The position numbers and the translations under genes are program-made. Shown piece by piece: positions 12,431 to 22,851 of a DNA stretch of 64,000 bases. A model generated the notes under the pieces. The model had not been told where the DNA came from. It saw nothing but the letters and a program-made list of their open reading frames with translations, and did no database searches. Every line of letters starts with the position of its first letter. Position 1 is the stretch's first letter. Origin of the DNA: Planctomycetota bacterium (lineage in GTDB: Bacteria > Planctomycetota > JAJSAM01 > JAJVHW01); contig CBDFJG010000004.1 of NCBI GenBank assembly GCA_965248445.1, positions 544,001 through 608,000 of the forward strand, read 5' to 3'.

Positions 12431-14088
12431 TTCTGCTCTTCCTCCCGCAGCAGCACGACACGCAGGCGCTCATCCGCAACGAGCGGAAGCGCGCCGGTGT
12501 CGAGTTCGTCGGCGCCGCCGTCGAGCACGCCCGTGTCGAGCTTCTTGATCTCTACCACGAACGGCTTGCGCCACTCGGCGATCGCGGGATCGATGCCGTC
12601 GATGAATGGCTTCGGGTAGAGGCCCATGAAGAGCGACAGCGCCGCGAGGGGCACCAGCGTGATCGCCTCGCGCATCGACAGGTCGCGGAAGCCGTGCATC
12701 GGCGTCTCCTTCGCCTTGCCGAAGAACACCTTCTGGATCATGACCAGGATGTAGACGGCGCCGAGAACGATGCCGACCGTGCCGATGATGGTGAACACCT
12801 TCGCGTTCGGCAGCTCGCTCTTGAACGAGCCGAAGAACACGAACATCTCCGCCACGAACCCGGAGAGCCCCGGTAGGCCGAGCGATCCGAAGAACGCGAT
12901 CATCGCGACGAACGTGTACTTGGGCAGCGTGCCGAGCAGGCCGCCGAAGCGGTTGAGATCGCGGTGGTGCGCCTGGTCGTAGATGACGCCCACGCAGAGG
13001 AACATCATTCCGCTGAGTAACCCGTGGCTGAACATCTGGAGCACGGCTCCGTTGATACCCTCGGGCGTCATCGCGGCGATGCCGAGCAACACGTAGCCCA
13101 TGTGGCTGACGGACGAGTACGCGACCAGCTTCTTCCAGTCCGTCTGCGCCAGCGCCACCAGCGCGCCGTAGATGATCGAGAACACCGCCAGTGACGCGAG
13201 GTACGGCCACGCTGCGATCGCCGCATCGGGGAACCAGGGGAACGCGATCCGGATCAGTCCGTAGCCGCCGAGCTTCAGCAGGACGCCGGCCAGGATCACG
13301 GAGATCGGAGTCGGCGCCTCCACGTGCGCGAGCGGCAGCCACGTGTGGAACGGGAACACCGGGATCTTGATGGCGAATCCGATGAACAGCGCGACGAACA
13401 GCGTCATGCGCAGCGCGGCGTTGCCCGGGAAGATCGCACTCTGGTGCGCGATGATGTCCGGGATGGAGAATGCGTTCAGCGCCATCCCCACGTACTCGGG
13501 CTTCGCGAACTCCTCACTGAGCTGGAAGTACACGGCCAAGAACGCACCGAGCATCAGCACCGAGCCGACCAGCGTGTAGAGGAAGAACTTGATCGCGGCG
13601 AACTCGCGCTTGGGACCTCCCCAAATGCCAATGAGGAAGTACATCGGCAGGAGCATGACCTCCCAGAACACGTAGAACAGGAACAGGTCCATCGCCACGA
13701 ACGTGCCGAGCATGCCCGTGAGCAGCAGCAAGTACATCGAGTAGAAGCCGCGCACCTTCTTGGTGATCCCCATGCCGGAGATCGCTGCCAGGAAACCGAG
13801 GATGCCGGTCAACAGGATGAGCAGCATCGAGACGCCGTCGACGTCCATCGCGTAGTTGATCTGGAACGAGTCTCCGACGGTGATCCAGGGCTTGCTGAAG
13901 CCCCACTGGCTGGTCTGTCCCAGCAGTTCGGTGTGCGATGCATCGAATTGCAGGTACAGGAAAATCGACAGCACCATCACCACGGCGGTGACAGCGATCG
14001 CGGTCAGTCGCTGCACCCGCGCGCTGTTCGTCAGGAACAGCAGCGGGATGCCGATGACCGGCAGGAAAGTCAGAAGTGTCAGTTCCAT
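12427..14088 (-). CDS. nuoM: NADH-quinone oxidoreductase subunit M
   Basis: FYVFWEVMLLPMYFLIGIWG, KIPVFPFHTWLPLAHVEAP, LVAYSSVSHMG. Confidence 0.95.
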   Translation of the reverse strand: MELTLLTFLPVIGIPLLFLTNSARVQRLTAIAVTAVVMVLSIFLYLQFDASHTELLGQTSQWGFSKPWITVGDSFQINYAMDVDGVSMLLILLTGILGFLAAISGMGITKKVRGFYSMYLLLLTGMLGTFVAMDLFLFYVFWEVMLLPMYFLIGIWGGPKREFAAIKFFLYTLVGSVLMLGAFLAVYFQLSEEFAKPEYVGMALNAFSIPDIIAHQSAIFPGNAALRMTLFVALFIGFAIKIPVFPFHTWLPLAHVEAPTPISVILAGVLLKLGGYGLIRIAFPWFPDAAIAAWPYLASLAVFSIIYGALVALAQTDWKKLVAYSSVSHMGYVLLGIAAMTPEGINGAVLQMFSHGLLSGMMFLCVGVIYDQAHHRDLNRFGGLLGTLPKYTFVAMIAFFGSLGLPGLSGFVAEMFVFFGSFKSELPNAKVFTIIGTVGIVLGAVYILVMIQKVFFGKAKETPMHGFRDLSMREAITLVPLAALSLFMGLYPKPFIDGIDPAIAEWRKPFVVEIKKLDTGVLDGGADELDTGALPLVADERLRVVLLREEEQK

Positions 14089-14092
14089 GCGT

Positions 14093-16096
14093 TCACCTGC
14101 TGGCCGCGTAGAGCATGATCACGGCGAAGACCGCGACCGACGTCACGGCGCCGAAGAGGTAGTTCCGAACCCGGCCGCTCTGGAAGCGGCTGAGGATGCC
14201 CCCGCCGCCCCACATGGCGCCGGCGGTTGCCTGCACCGCCCCGTCCACGACACCGTCGTCCACAACGCCGCTGGCGTCGGACGTCTTCATCGTGACCGAA
14301 CCGGCACCGTCCACGAACCCGTCGAGGACGTCGTTGTCGAACCAGGACGAGAGAGCCGCGAAGAGGTTCGTCGTCTTGATCAGGCAGAAATCGACGATCT
14401 CGTCGATGTAGTACTTGCCGGCCGCGGCCGCGTAGATCGGCGCCACGGCGGCGCGCATACGCTGCCGCAGCGCGGTACCAAACGCGGGCACGTACCAGAG
14501 CGTCGCGAGGGCGATCCCGCCGAACGCCACGCAGAGCGACACGACGAGCGCCACCGAGTGCGCGTGATGCGCCACGTCGCCGTCCAGATTGAACGATCGC
14601 GCGAACGCGGAGAGCGGCATGCTCTCGATCGGCAGCAACGCGTTGTGCCAGCCGTAACCGCCCGCAATCGCGAGCGTGGCCAGGACGACGAGCCCCGTCG
14701 TCATGGTCCACGGCGACTCGTGCGCGTGGTCGTGCACGTGCTGGTCGCGTGGCTTGCCCTCAAACGTGAGGTAGTAGCTGCGGAACATGTACGCGGCCGT
14801 CATCAGCGCGGCCAGCGCGAGCAGCACGAAGATGACCTTGTAGGTGAAGTCGAAGTAGCCGTTCCCGGCCCACAGCGACTGCAGGATCATGTCCTTGCTG
14901 AAGAATCCCGCTGTGAACGGGAACCCGGCGATGGCCAGGCACGCGACCAGGTACGTGATCGCCGTGATGGGCATCTTCTTCCGCAGCCCGCCCATCTGCG
15001 TCATGTCCTGCAGGTGGTGGCAACCGTGGATCACGGAGCCTGACCCGAGGAACAGGCAGGCCTTGAACATCGCGTGCGTCGCGAGGTGGAACAGGCCGGC
15101 CTTCCAGGCGATGTTGGATCCGACGCCGAGCGCCGTGAACATGAAGCCGAGTTGACTGACCGTCGAATAGGCCAGCACCTGCTTGATGTCGGTTCGAGTG
15201 AACGCAATCGTCGCGGCGAACAACGCGGTGAAGCAGCCGATGACCGAGATGATCACCAGCGCGCCGGGCGACGCGACGATCAGGGTGTACATGCGCCCGA
15301 CGAGGTAGACGCCCGCCGCAACCATCGTGGCCGCGTGGATCAGGGCCGACACGGGCGTCGGGCCTTCCATCGCGTCCGGCAGCCAGATGTGCAGAGGGAA
15401 CTGCGCCGACTTGCCGGCCGCGCCCATGAACAGCCCGAGCGCGATCCAGATCTTCGCGCCACCCGGGATCATGTGCAGGTTGGCGAAGATCTCCGCGAAC
15501 TGGAGTTTGTCCGTGTAGAGGTAGATCGCCAGCAGCGCGAGGAACATGCCGACGTCGCCGACGCGCGTCGTCATGAACGCCTTCTTGGCCGCCTGGTAGG
15601 CCGACGTCTTGAAGTAGAAGTGGCCGATCAGCTTGTAGGACGCGAGCCCCATCACCTCCCACGAGATGTAGAGCGTGAGGAGGTTGTCGCTGATGACGAG
15701 TCCGAGCATCGAGCACGTGAAGAGCCCGAGCCACCGGTAGAAGTCCGTGTACCGGTCGTCGCCCTGCATGTAGCCCTTCGAGAAGAGGTGCACGAGGAAC
15801 GAAACAATCGTCACGACGAGCAACATCGCGAGCGTCAGCCCGTCCAGCGCGATGCCGATCGTCCAGTCGATCCCGCCGACCGACAGCCAGACGAACTCCC
15901 AGGTCTGCCCGGCGTACTCCGCGTGACCGAGACCGAGAGCCGCGGCGCACGCCAGCGCCACGCCCATGCAGCCGATGCCGATGGCGTCCGCGCCGCGGAC
16001 CGACTGCTTGCCGATCATCTGCAGCGCACCGATCACGCAGGCCGCGAGGAGCGGCATCACGAGGATGACGACGGCCAGCAGGATCCCGGTGGGCAT
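14093..16096 (-). CDS. nuoL: NADH-quinone oxidoreductase subunit L
   Basis: GKSAQFPLHIWLPDAMEGPTPVSALIHAATMV, LAYSTVSQLG, THAMFKACLFL. Confidence 0.95.
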   Translation of the reverse strand: MPTGILLAVVILVMPLLAACVIGALQMIGKQSVRGADAIGIGCMGVALACAAALGLGHAEYAGQTWEFVWLSVGGIDWTIGIALDGLTLAMLLVVTIVSFLVHLFSKGYMQGDDRYTDFYRWLGLFTCSMLGLVISDNLLTLYISWEVMGLASYKLIGHFYFKTSAYQAAKKAFMTTRVGDVGMFLALLAIYLYTDKLQFAEIFANLHMIPGGAKIWIALGLFMGAAGKSAQFPLHIWLPDAMEGPTPVSALIHAATMVAAGVYLVGRMYTLIVASPGALVIISVIGCFTALFAATIAFTRTDIKQVLAYSTVSQLGFMFTALGVGSNIAWKAGLFHLATHAMFKACLFLGSGSVIHGCHHLQDMTQMGGLRKKMPITAITYLVACLAIAGFPFTAGFFSKDMILQSLWAGNGYFDFTYKVIFVLLALAALMTAAYMFRSYYLTFEGKPRDQHVHDHAHESPWTMTTGLVVLATLAIAGGYGWHNALLPIESMPLSAFARSFNLDGDVAHHAHSVALVVSLCVAFGGIALATLWYVPAFGTALRQRMRAAVAPIYAAAAGKYYIDEIVDFCLIKTTNLFAALSSWFDNDVLDGFVDGAGSVTMKTSDASGVVDDGVVDGAVQATAGAMWGGGGILSRFQSGRVRNYLFGAVTSVAVFAVIMLYAASR

Positions 16097-16422
16097 CAGC
16101 CCTTCATCTCCGTGTAGTCATCGACGCTGATGCTGGCCGCGTGGTGGAAGACGTGCAGCACGATGGCGAGCGCGACGGCGGCCTCGGCGGCCGCGAGCAT
16201 CACGACGAAGATCGCGTAGACGGCGCCGTCGATGTACGGACCGCCACCCGGTGCGTGCGCGTAGCGGCTGAACGCAACGAGGTTGATGTTGCACGCGTTC
16301 AGCATGAGCTCGATGCCGATCAGCACCGCGATGGCATTGCGCCGGAGCGTCACCGCCATCACGCCGACCGAGAAGAGCATCGCGCCGAGTACGAGGAAGT
16401 GAGTCAGCTCGAGGCCGCCCAT
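16096..16422 (-). CDS. nuoK: NADH-quinone oxidoreductase subunit K
   Basis: RRNAIAVLIGIELMLNA...AAAEAAVALAI; ATG at 16422. Confidence 0.95.
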   Translation of the reverse strand: MGGLELTHFLVLGAMLFSVGVMAVTLRRNAIAVLIGIELMLNACNINLVAFSRYAHAPGGGPYIDGAVYAIFVVMLAAAEAAVALAIVLHVFHHAASISVDDYTEMKG

Positions 16423-16943
16423 CAGCGGGTCCCTCCACGAGCGACCCGCGCCGCGCCGACCAGCACGACGAGCAGCAGGATAGAAGCGAACTCGAACGGC
16501 AGCAGGTAGTCCGTCAGGAGCGAGCGGCCGATCCGCGCCGTCGTCTCGAAGGCGTCCACAGGTCCGCCGGAGAAGTGCGGGAGCCGCGCCCACGAAGTGC
16601 CGGTGATCGCCCATGACAGGCCACCGAACGTGAGGCCGCCGGCGAGAGCCGCCGGCAGGTAGTTGCGCTTGCGCACGACGCGGTACTCGTCCGGCACGCG
16701 GTCGGTGAGGAGGATGCCGAAGCAGAGCAGGATCAGGATGCCGCCCACGTAGACGACGACCTGCGTGACGGCCATGAAGTCGCTGCCGAGCACGGCGTAG
16801 ATGCCGGCGACGCAGAAGAACGTCGCCAACAGGGCGAACGCGCAATGGACGATCTTGTGCGCCGTAGCCGCAACGATGCCCGACGCGATCGCGAGGGACG
16901 CGAACGCGTAGAAGGCCAGCTGGACGCCGATCCCTTCGCTCAT
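16422..16943 (-). CDS. nuoJ: NADH-quinone oxidoreductase subunit J
   Basis: QVVVYVGGILIL, YLLPFEFASILLL. Confidence 0.95.
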   Translation of the reverse strand: MSEGIGVQLAFYAFASLAIASGIVAATAHKIVHCAFALLATFFCVAGIYAVLGSDFMAVTQVVVYVGGILILLCFGILLTDRVPDEYRVVRKRNYLPAALAGGLTFGGLSWAITGTSWARLPHFSGGPVDAFETTARIGRSLLTDYLLPFEFASILLLVVLVGAARVARGGTR

Positions 16944-17500
16944 GTGTTCCTGGCCGGGTCCTGGTCCACGAGCGTCTCGATGCCGTGCTCGGCGCGTTCC
17001 TTGCGCTTCTTCTCGAAGAGACCTTCCTGCTGGAACTCCTTCACCATCTCGAGCGCGTGCGAGCTGCGCACCTGGACCGGGTAGCCGCCCTCGTGGAACT
17101 TCACGACCATCTCGTCGCGGTTGTGGCCGGGCAGCGAGTAACGCTCACCGAGGACGATGCACTCGGCCGGGCACGGCGGGACGCACAGTGCACAGAACAG
17201 GCACTTGCTGTAGTCGATGTCGAACCGCGTCATGATCGCGGCCTTGCCCTTGCCGACCGACTCGATGTAGATGCAGTCCACCGGGCACGCTTTCGCGCAG
17301 AGCTCGCAGCTGATGCAGCGATCGACGTCGAACTCGTGCAGTCCGCGGTGCGTGACCTTGTCGATCGGCAGCTTCTCGAACGGGTAGTTCAGGACGAAGC
17401 GGTTCTTCACCGGGATGTTCTTCACGAAGTAGCTCGCGGTGATCTTCAGACCCTGAGCGGTCGTGCGGATGCTCTCGTAGATGTTCCCGAAGTAGCTCAA
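16940..17500 (-). CDS. nuoI: NADH-quinone oxidoreductase subunit I (2x[4Fe-4S])
   Basis: CISCELCAKACP and CLFCALCVPPCP; TTG start overlapping the nuoH stop. Confidence 0.92.
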   Translation of the reverse strand: MSYFGNIYESIRTTAQGLKITASYFVKNIPVKNRFVLNYPFEKLPIDKVTHRGLHEFDVDRCISCELCAKACPVDCIYIESVGKGKAAIMTRFDIDYSKCLFCALCVPPCPAECIVLGERYSLPGHNRDEMVVKFHEGGYPVQVRSSHALEMVKEFQQEGLFEKKRKERAEHGIETLVDQDPARNT

Positions 17501-18687
17501 GCGGCACCTCCGGACATGAGCGCCGCGAGCCCGTTCGCAAGCATGCAGACCAGCGCGAACGGAACGAAGTACTTGTAGCACATGCTCATCACCTGATCGA
17601 TGCGCAGGCGCGGTAGCGTCCAGCGGATCTGCATCATCAAGATGAAGAGTCCGATGGTCTTCCACGAGAACTCGACGACGCCCGCAACGACCGACGGCAC
17701 GTCGAAGTTCGTGAGCAATCCGTAGAACGGACCGCTGCCCCATCCACCGAGGAACAGCGTCACCGTGATCCCGGACAACGCAAACATCGCCGCGTACTCG
17801 CCGAGGAAGAACAGGCCCCAGCGCATGCCCGAGTACTCGGTCAGGAATCCGGACACGAGTTCGGACTCGGACTCCGGCAAGTCGAACGGCGCACGCTTCA
17901 GGTTGGCGAGCACGCACACGTAGAAGATGACGAGCACGATGATGTTGAACGGGAACGCAGCGAACACGAACCAACCCGCGCCCCACTGTGCGACCGAGTC
18001 CGGAATGCCGAAGCCCCAGATCGACGCACCGGCCTGCTGACCCGCAACGATGTCGCCCATCGACAGGGAGCCGACGAGCAGCACGGGGCAGATCGCGGCG
18101 AGACTCATGGGGATCTCGTACGACACAACCTGCGCGACCTCGCGCATCGCGCCGAGCAGCGACCATTTGTTGTTCGAGGACCACCCGGCCATGAGCACCG
18201 CAATGACCTCGATGGCCCCGACCGCCAGCAGATAGAAGATGCCGACGTTCACGTCGGCCGCGATCAACCCGTCACTGAGCGGGAGTGCTGCGAAGAGCGC
18301 GAGTGCACCGGCGAATCCGATGACGGGCGCTGCGATGAAGAGGAGCGGCTCGCCCTTGGGCGGAACGAAGTCCTCCTTGCCGAGCAGCTTGATGCCGTCG
18401 GCGAGGGACTGACCGAGGCCCCACAGGCGCGCCCACTTGTGCTTCTTGTGCAGGAACGGGATGCCGACGAAGTTCGGACCCGACCGGTCCTGCATGAGTG
18501 CGGACACGCGGCGCTCCGCCCACACGCCGAGCAGTCCGACCGGCGTGACCACCGCGAGCACGACGAGGATGGCGGGCACGAGGCCGAGCACCGTGTTCTG
18601 GGCGAACGGCGGCACCTTGTCCCAATACGGGACGTAGTCCGCGGCAAGCTTCGCGAGCTCCGGTGCTTCGAGCGCGAGGAGGTTCAC
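17497..18687 (-). CDS. nuoH: NADH-quinone oxidoreductase subunit H
   Basis: ERRVSALMQDRSGPN, ADGIKLLGKE, SYEIP, RAPFDLPESESELVSGFLTEYSG. Confidence 0.95.
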   Translation of the reverse strand: MNLLALEAPELAKLAADYVPYWDKVPPFAQNTVLGLVPAILVVLAVVTPVGLLGVWAERRVSALMQDRSGPNFVGIPFLHKKHKWARLWGLGQSLADGIKLLGKEDFVPPKGEPLLFIAAPVIGFAGALALFAALPLSDGLIAADVNVGIFYLLAVGAIEVIAVLMAGWSSNNKWSLLGAMREVAQVVSYEIPMSLAAICPVLLVGSLSMGDIVAGQQAGASIWGFGIPDSVAQWGAGWFVFAAFPFNIIVLVIFYVCVLANLKRAPFDLPESESELVSGFLTEYSGMRWGLFFLGEYAAMFALSGITVTLFLGGWGSGPFYGLLTNFDVPSVVAGVVEFSWKTIGLFILMMQIRWTLPRLRIDQVMSMCYKYFVPFALVCMLANGLAALMSGGAA

Positions 18688-19913
18688 CGATCTACCTCAC
18701 CGAGCACGATGTCGATGGAGCCGATGATCGCGACGAGGTCGGCGATCAGGTAGCCGCGTGAGATCTCCGGCAGCACCGCGATGTTGCTGAACGCCGGGCC
18801 GCGGATCTTGCAGCGGTACGGGGCGTTCTTCGCATCGGACACGAGGTAGAACGCGAGCTCGCCGCGCGGGTTTTCACCGCGCACGTACACCTCGGCATCG
18901 CGCGGGCCGCGCAGCACACGCGGCACGTCCGGGTTGATGTACGGCTGGTACATCGACTTCGGCGTGATCTTCGGATCGCGGCCGGGCAGCCTGTCGATGG
19001 CCTGTCGCACGATCTTGATGGACTCGGCCAGCTCCTGGGCACGTATCCAGTGACGGTTCCAGCAGTCACCGACTGTGCCGTACTTGCCGTCTGCAACTGG
19101 AATGCGCCACTCGACCTGGTCGTACAGGCCGTAGGGATCGTCGCGCCGCGTGTCCCAATCCACCGCCGACGCGCGCAACGCGGGTCCCGTGATCCCGTGC
19201 GCGAGCGCCTTTTTGCGCGACAGTATCCCAACACCCATGGTGCGCTGCTTGAACACCTTGTTCCAGGTGGTCAGCGTGTTGTACTGCTCCATCTTCTCCT
19301 CGACGATGTCGAGGAACTCGAGCGCTTCCTGGATCCACTCGTCGGTGAGATCGCGCGCCACGCCGCCCACGCGGAAGAAGTGGTAGAGCATGCGACCGCC
19401 GGAGATCGCCTCGAACAGCGAGTTGCTGCGTTCGCGCTCGCGGTAGCAGTAGAGGAACGGCGTGAACGCGCCGATGTCGAGGCCGTACACACCGATCGAG
19501 AAGATGTGCGACGCGATGCGTCCCAGCTCCGCGATGATCAGGCGGATCCACTGGATGCGCTCGGGGATCGCGATGCCGCAGAGCTTCTCGACGGCGCGCG
19601 CGTAGCACTCCTCGTTGTTCATCGCCGCGAGGTAGTCGAGGCGATCCGTGTACGGCATGAACTGCCAGTACTGGACGTGCTCCGCGATCTTCTCCTTGCA
19701 GCGGTGCAGGTTGCCGATCATCGGCTCGCAGTCGAGCACGACCTCGCCGTCGGTCTTGACCGCAACGCGCAATACGCCGTGTGTCGCCGGGTGCTGCGGC
19801 CCCATGTTGACGACCATCTCCTCGGACGGCGCGTCGCGGGCGGGCACCCAATACTCCGGAAGCGGGTCGTCGAGAGTGCGCTCCGCGACGCCTGGCAACT
19901 CTGTGGCGCTCAT
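18684..19913 (-). CDS. nuoD: NADH-quinone oxidoreductase subunit D
   Basis: NMGPQHPATHGVLR, DRLDY, ENPRGEL, C-terminal DIVLGEVDR; no NiFe CxxC motifs. Confidence 0.95.
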   Translation of the reverse strand: MSATELPGVAERTLDDPLPEYWVPARDAPSEEMVVNMGPQHPATHGVLRVAVKTDGEVVLDCEPMIGNLHRCKEKIAEHVQYWQFMPYTDRLDYLAAMNNEECYARAVEKLCGIAIPERIQWIRLIIAELGRIASHIFSIGVYGLDIGAFTPFLYCYRERERSNSLFEAISGGRMLYHFFRVGGVARDLTDEWIQEALEFLDIVEEKMEQYNTLTTWNKVFKQRTMGVGILSRKKALAHGITGPALRASAVDWDTRRDDPYGLYDQVEWRIPVADGKYGTVGDCWNRHWIRAQELAESIKIVRQAIDRLPGRDPKITPKSMYQPYINPDVPRVLRGPRDAEVYVRGENPRGELAFYLVSDAKNAPYRCKIRGPAFSNIAVLPEISRGYLIADLVAIIGSIDIVLGEVDR

Positions 19914-20711
19914 CTAGGCGCCCCTCTTGGGCGGCAACTGGAAGCCAGACGGCAACGGCGGCCAGTTGCCGCCGGAAGGCGCGGGCGGTGCGGCGGACGC
20001 CGGCGGCGACGGTGGTGCCTTCGGCGGGAGCTTCATGCCGCCGGGGAGCGCCGGGGCCCCGCCTGAATTCGCACTGGGCATCGTCATGCCGGGCGGCAGC
20101 GGCGGCGCACCGGAGGACGCAGGCTTCGCAGCAGCCGGCTTCGCCGCGGCGGCTGTGGGCGCATCTCCGTGCTTCGCGGCGCGACGGGCGGACTCCTCGG
20201 CTCGCGAGTCCTCCTCGAGCTTGCGGATCATCCCGATGCTCGGAACGCCGTGGTACTCGAGCGGGTTGCCCTCGTCCTTCCTGAGCGGCCAGCCCTCCCA
20301 GTCGGACGGCAGCAGGATGCGGCGCAGGTTCGGGTGACCCTGGAAGACGACTCCGAACATGTCGTACGTCTCGCGCTCGTGCCAGTCGGCGGCGGGCCAG
20401 ACGGCCGTCACCGACGGGCACGTCGCGTCGTCCCGTGACGGCGTGTCGACCTTGACACAGATGCCGTGCTTCCTGTCCACGGAGTAGAGATGGACGACGA
20501 CCTCGAAGTGCGCGAGGCGGTCCACCGCGGTGACGTCGTGGCACACCTCCATTTGCGTCCGGTCGTCGTCGCGCAGGAAACGGCAGGCGCCCACGTACGT
20601 GTCGCGGCCGACCTTGACCCACTCCTTGAGATCGTCGGTCGAGACCTCGAGGACCGCGTCCCCGAACTGCTCCTTGAGCAGGTCACCGAATTCCGCGACG
20701 GACAGGCCCAC
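19914..20711 (-). CDS. nuoC: NADH-quinone oxidoreductase subunit C with a Pro-rich C-terminal extension
   Basis: [26 protein letters not shown]...GWPLRKD. Confidence 0.95.
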   Translation of the reverse strand: MGLSVAEFGDLLKEQFGDAVLEVSTDDLKEWVKVGRDTYVGACRFLRDDDRTQMEVCHDVTAVDRLAHFEVVVHLYSVDRKHGICVKVDTPSRDDATCPSVTAVWPAADWHERETYDMFGVVFQGHPNLRRILLPSDWEGWPLRKDEGNPLEYHGVPSIGMIRKLEEDSRAEESARRAAKHGDAPTAAAAKPAAAKPASSGAPPLPPGMTMPSANSGGAPALPGGMKLPPKAPPSPPASAAPPAPSGGNWPPLPSGFQLPPKRGA

Positions 20712-20720
20712 GGGTCTCGT

Positions 20721-21701
20721 CTACCTCAGGTGCAGGGGGGTGTAAGGCTGCGGCGGACCCGACGGCGCGTCGCGGTTTGCTGCGAGCACCGCCGGCGGCA
20801 GTGGACCGCTCGCGAGGAGGGCTGTCGGGGGGAAGTCGCCACCGCCCGCCGGCGCGGCCGCAGCGGCGGGAGTGGACGGGGCCGCAGGCGCAGACGGGGC
20901 CGCGGGCTTCGCCGGGAGCTTCATCCCGCCGGGGAGCGGCGGCGCCCCGCCTGAACTCGCCCCACCTGAACTGGCACTGGGTAGCTTCATCCCACCCGGC
21001 AACGGCGGTGCCTTCAGCGACGGCGCCTTCGCGGGCGCCGACGGAGCGGACAGCTTCGGCGCCGCGCGCGTCGGCGCGGCCGCGGCGGCTGAAGGGATGC
21101 CGGGCATGCGCCCATCCATCACGTCGGACTGGCCCTTGCGGACGGCGTCGGCGATGGCCGCCTGCTGATCGATCGAGCCGCGTGTGAAGATCAACTCCTG
21201 CAGCTTCTGCAGACCGTCGATCAGCGCCTCGGGTCGCGGGGGGCAGCCCGGCACGTGCACATCCACGGGGATCACGAGATCGACTCCCTGGACCACGTGG
21301 TAGCCCCACTTCGAGTACGGGCCGCCGCCTACGGTGCACGCCCCCATCGCGATGACCCACTTGGGCTCGGCCATCTGCTCCCACAAACGGCGAACGCGGT
21401 GCGCCATCTTGTACGTGACGGTGCCCGCCGTGATCATGAGGTCCGCCTGGCGCGGCGTGGCGCGGAACGCACCGCAGCCCAGCCGGTCGACGTCGTAGCG
21501 CGTGGCGGCGAAGCCCATCATCTCGATGGCGCAGCACGCGAGACCGAAGGTCATCGGCCAGACCGCGTTGCCGCGGCCCCACGCGATCACGTCGCGTAGA
21601 CCGACGACCGTCGTCAAGAACGCTGCGTCGTCGTCGAGCGCGCCGCCGGGGCCGGGGCGCAACAGGTTCCAGTCGCTCGGACGGTATACCTCGGCAGTCA
21701 T
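20721..21701 (-). CDS. nuoB: NADH-quinone oxidoreductase subunit B with a Pro/Ala-rich C-terminal extension
   Basis: [26 protein letters not shown]. Confidence 0.95.
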   Translation of the reverse strand: MTAEVYRPSDWNLLRPGPGGALDDDAAFLTTVVGLRDVIAWGRGNAVWPMTFGLACCAIEMMGFAATRYDVDRLGCGAFRATPRQADLMITAGTVTYKMAHRVRRLWEQMAEPKWVIAMGACTVGGGPYSKWGYHVVQGVDLVIPVDVHVPGCPPRPEALIDGLQKLQELIFTRGSIDQQAAIADAVRKGQSDVMDGRMPGIPSAAAAAPTRAAPKLSAPSAPAKAPSLKAPPLPGGMKLPSASSGGASSGGAPPLPGGMKLPAKPAAPSAPAAPSTPAAAAAPAGGGDFPPTALLASGPLPPAVLAANRDAPSGPPQPYTPLHLR

Positions 21702-21705
21702 GGAC

Positions 21706-22194
21706 TCAGGCTCCCGCCTCGACAGTTAGACCAGGCTGCGCCGACGGCGTCCCTGCCGGCGCCTGGACCGGCCCGCCCAGGCCGGGGTCGCCGGACGGAG
21801 CGCGCGCGCCAGGGCTCTTCTTGCCGTGCAGCGGAATCCAGTCGATGTCGCCCTTGCGCCACACGTAGGCCAGGCCGACCGCCAGCACGGCCACGAAGAC
21901 AACGGCCTCGACGAACGCAAGCGGCCCCAGTTCCTTCAGCGTGACTGCCCACGGGAACAGGAAGAGCACCTCGACGTCGAAGATCACGAAGACCAGGCAG
22001 ATGACGTAGAAGCGGATGTCGAAGCGGATGAAGGCTCCGCCGAACGTCGGTTCGCCGCACTCGTACGACGTCGCCTTCTGCTCGGTGTAGTCGGTCTTGG
22101 AGCGCAGCAAGCGTCCAATAGCGACCATGTTCAGGAGCACGAAAGCTGCCCCGAACAAGAGGAACATCAGGATCGTCAGGAAGTCCTGCTGCAT
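21706..22194 (-). CDS. nuoA: NADH-quinone oxidoreductase subunit A
   Basis: [37 protein letters not shown] at 22194. Confidence 0.95.
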   Translation of the reverse strand: MQQDFLTILMFLLFGAAFVLLNMVAIGRLLRSKTDYTEQKATSYECGEPTFGGAFIRFDIRFYVICLVFVIFDVEVLFLFPWAVTLKELGPLAFVEAVVFVAVLAVGLAYVWRKGDIDWIPLHGKKSPGARAPSGDPGLGGPVQAPAGTPSAQPGLTVEAGA

Positions 22195-22574
22195 GGCCTC
22201 GGCCGGTGCCCTCCGGCAGCCCCCGACGGGCACTTCGCCCGCCCTCCGTCTTCGATCGCGCGACCTTACCCTCGGCCCCTGGCCGGGAGGAGTGATTGCC
22301 GACGGATTTGGAGGTGTCCCGCCGCACGCGTAGTGAGAACGCGCGACGGCCGGTTGCCACGTCCCACCGAGCGCGATTCACCCCTCCCCGAAGCGTCGGC
22401 GATGGGCCGGGGCAGCCAGCGTGTGGAGCCGTGCCGACGAACGGCCGCAACCCATTTCTGCACAAGAGCTTGCAGCCCTCTTCGGCTAGTGGCTACTCAA
22501 CGCACGACGCTGCCGCCTAGACTGGCGTCGTGAGCGCGCCTGACGAGCCGAGACGACCGCGTCGCCACGCGAAG

Positions 22575-22688
22575 ATGACTGATGTGGAGTGGGCCGTGCT
22601 CGGGTTGACGCTCCTACTCACCCTCATGTTCTGGGGCGTCCGCTCCTGCAACTCAGGACCGTTTCTCAACGAGTGGATGGGCAGGTGA
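22575..22688 (+). CDS. Possible 37-aa single-TM microprotein
   Basis: MTDVEWAVLGLTLLLTLMFWGVRSCNSGPFLNEWMGR*; one hydrophobic helix, weak RBS. Confidence 0.3.
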   Translation: MTDVEWAVLGLTLLLTLMFWGVRSCNSGPFLNEWMGR

Positions 22689-22851
22689 CCCTGCCGGAGG
22701 CTCACTCGGCCTCGGGAGGCACTGCTAGAGTCCGCCGCGCGGACGGCCCCCGCCACCGGAAGGAGACCGCCATGCCCACCGCCGGCCTTCGGCCCGCGCT
22801 CTCCACGGTCCGCCTCGTCCCCGACGACACCACCCGGTGGGCGCGTCGCGC

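Noticed and set aside
18684..21701. Group 4 [NiFe]-hydrogenase interpretation of the nuo cluster
   Set aside because: NuoD lacks both Ni-binding CxxC motifs, NuoB has the complex I CC motif, and nuoA/J/K are present.
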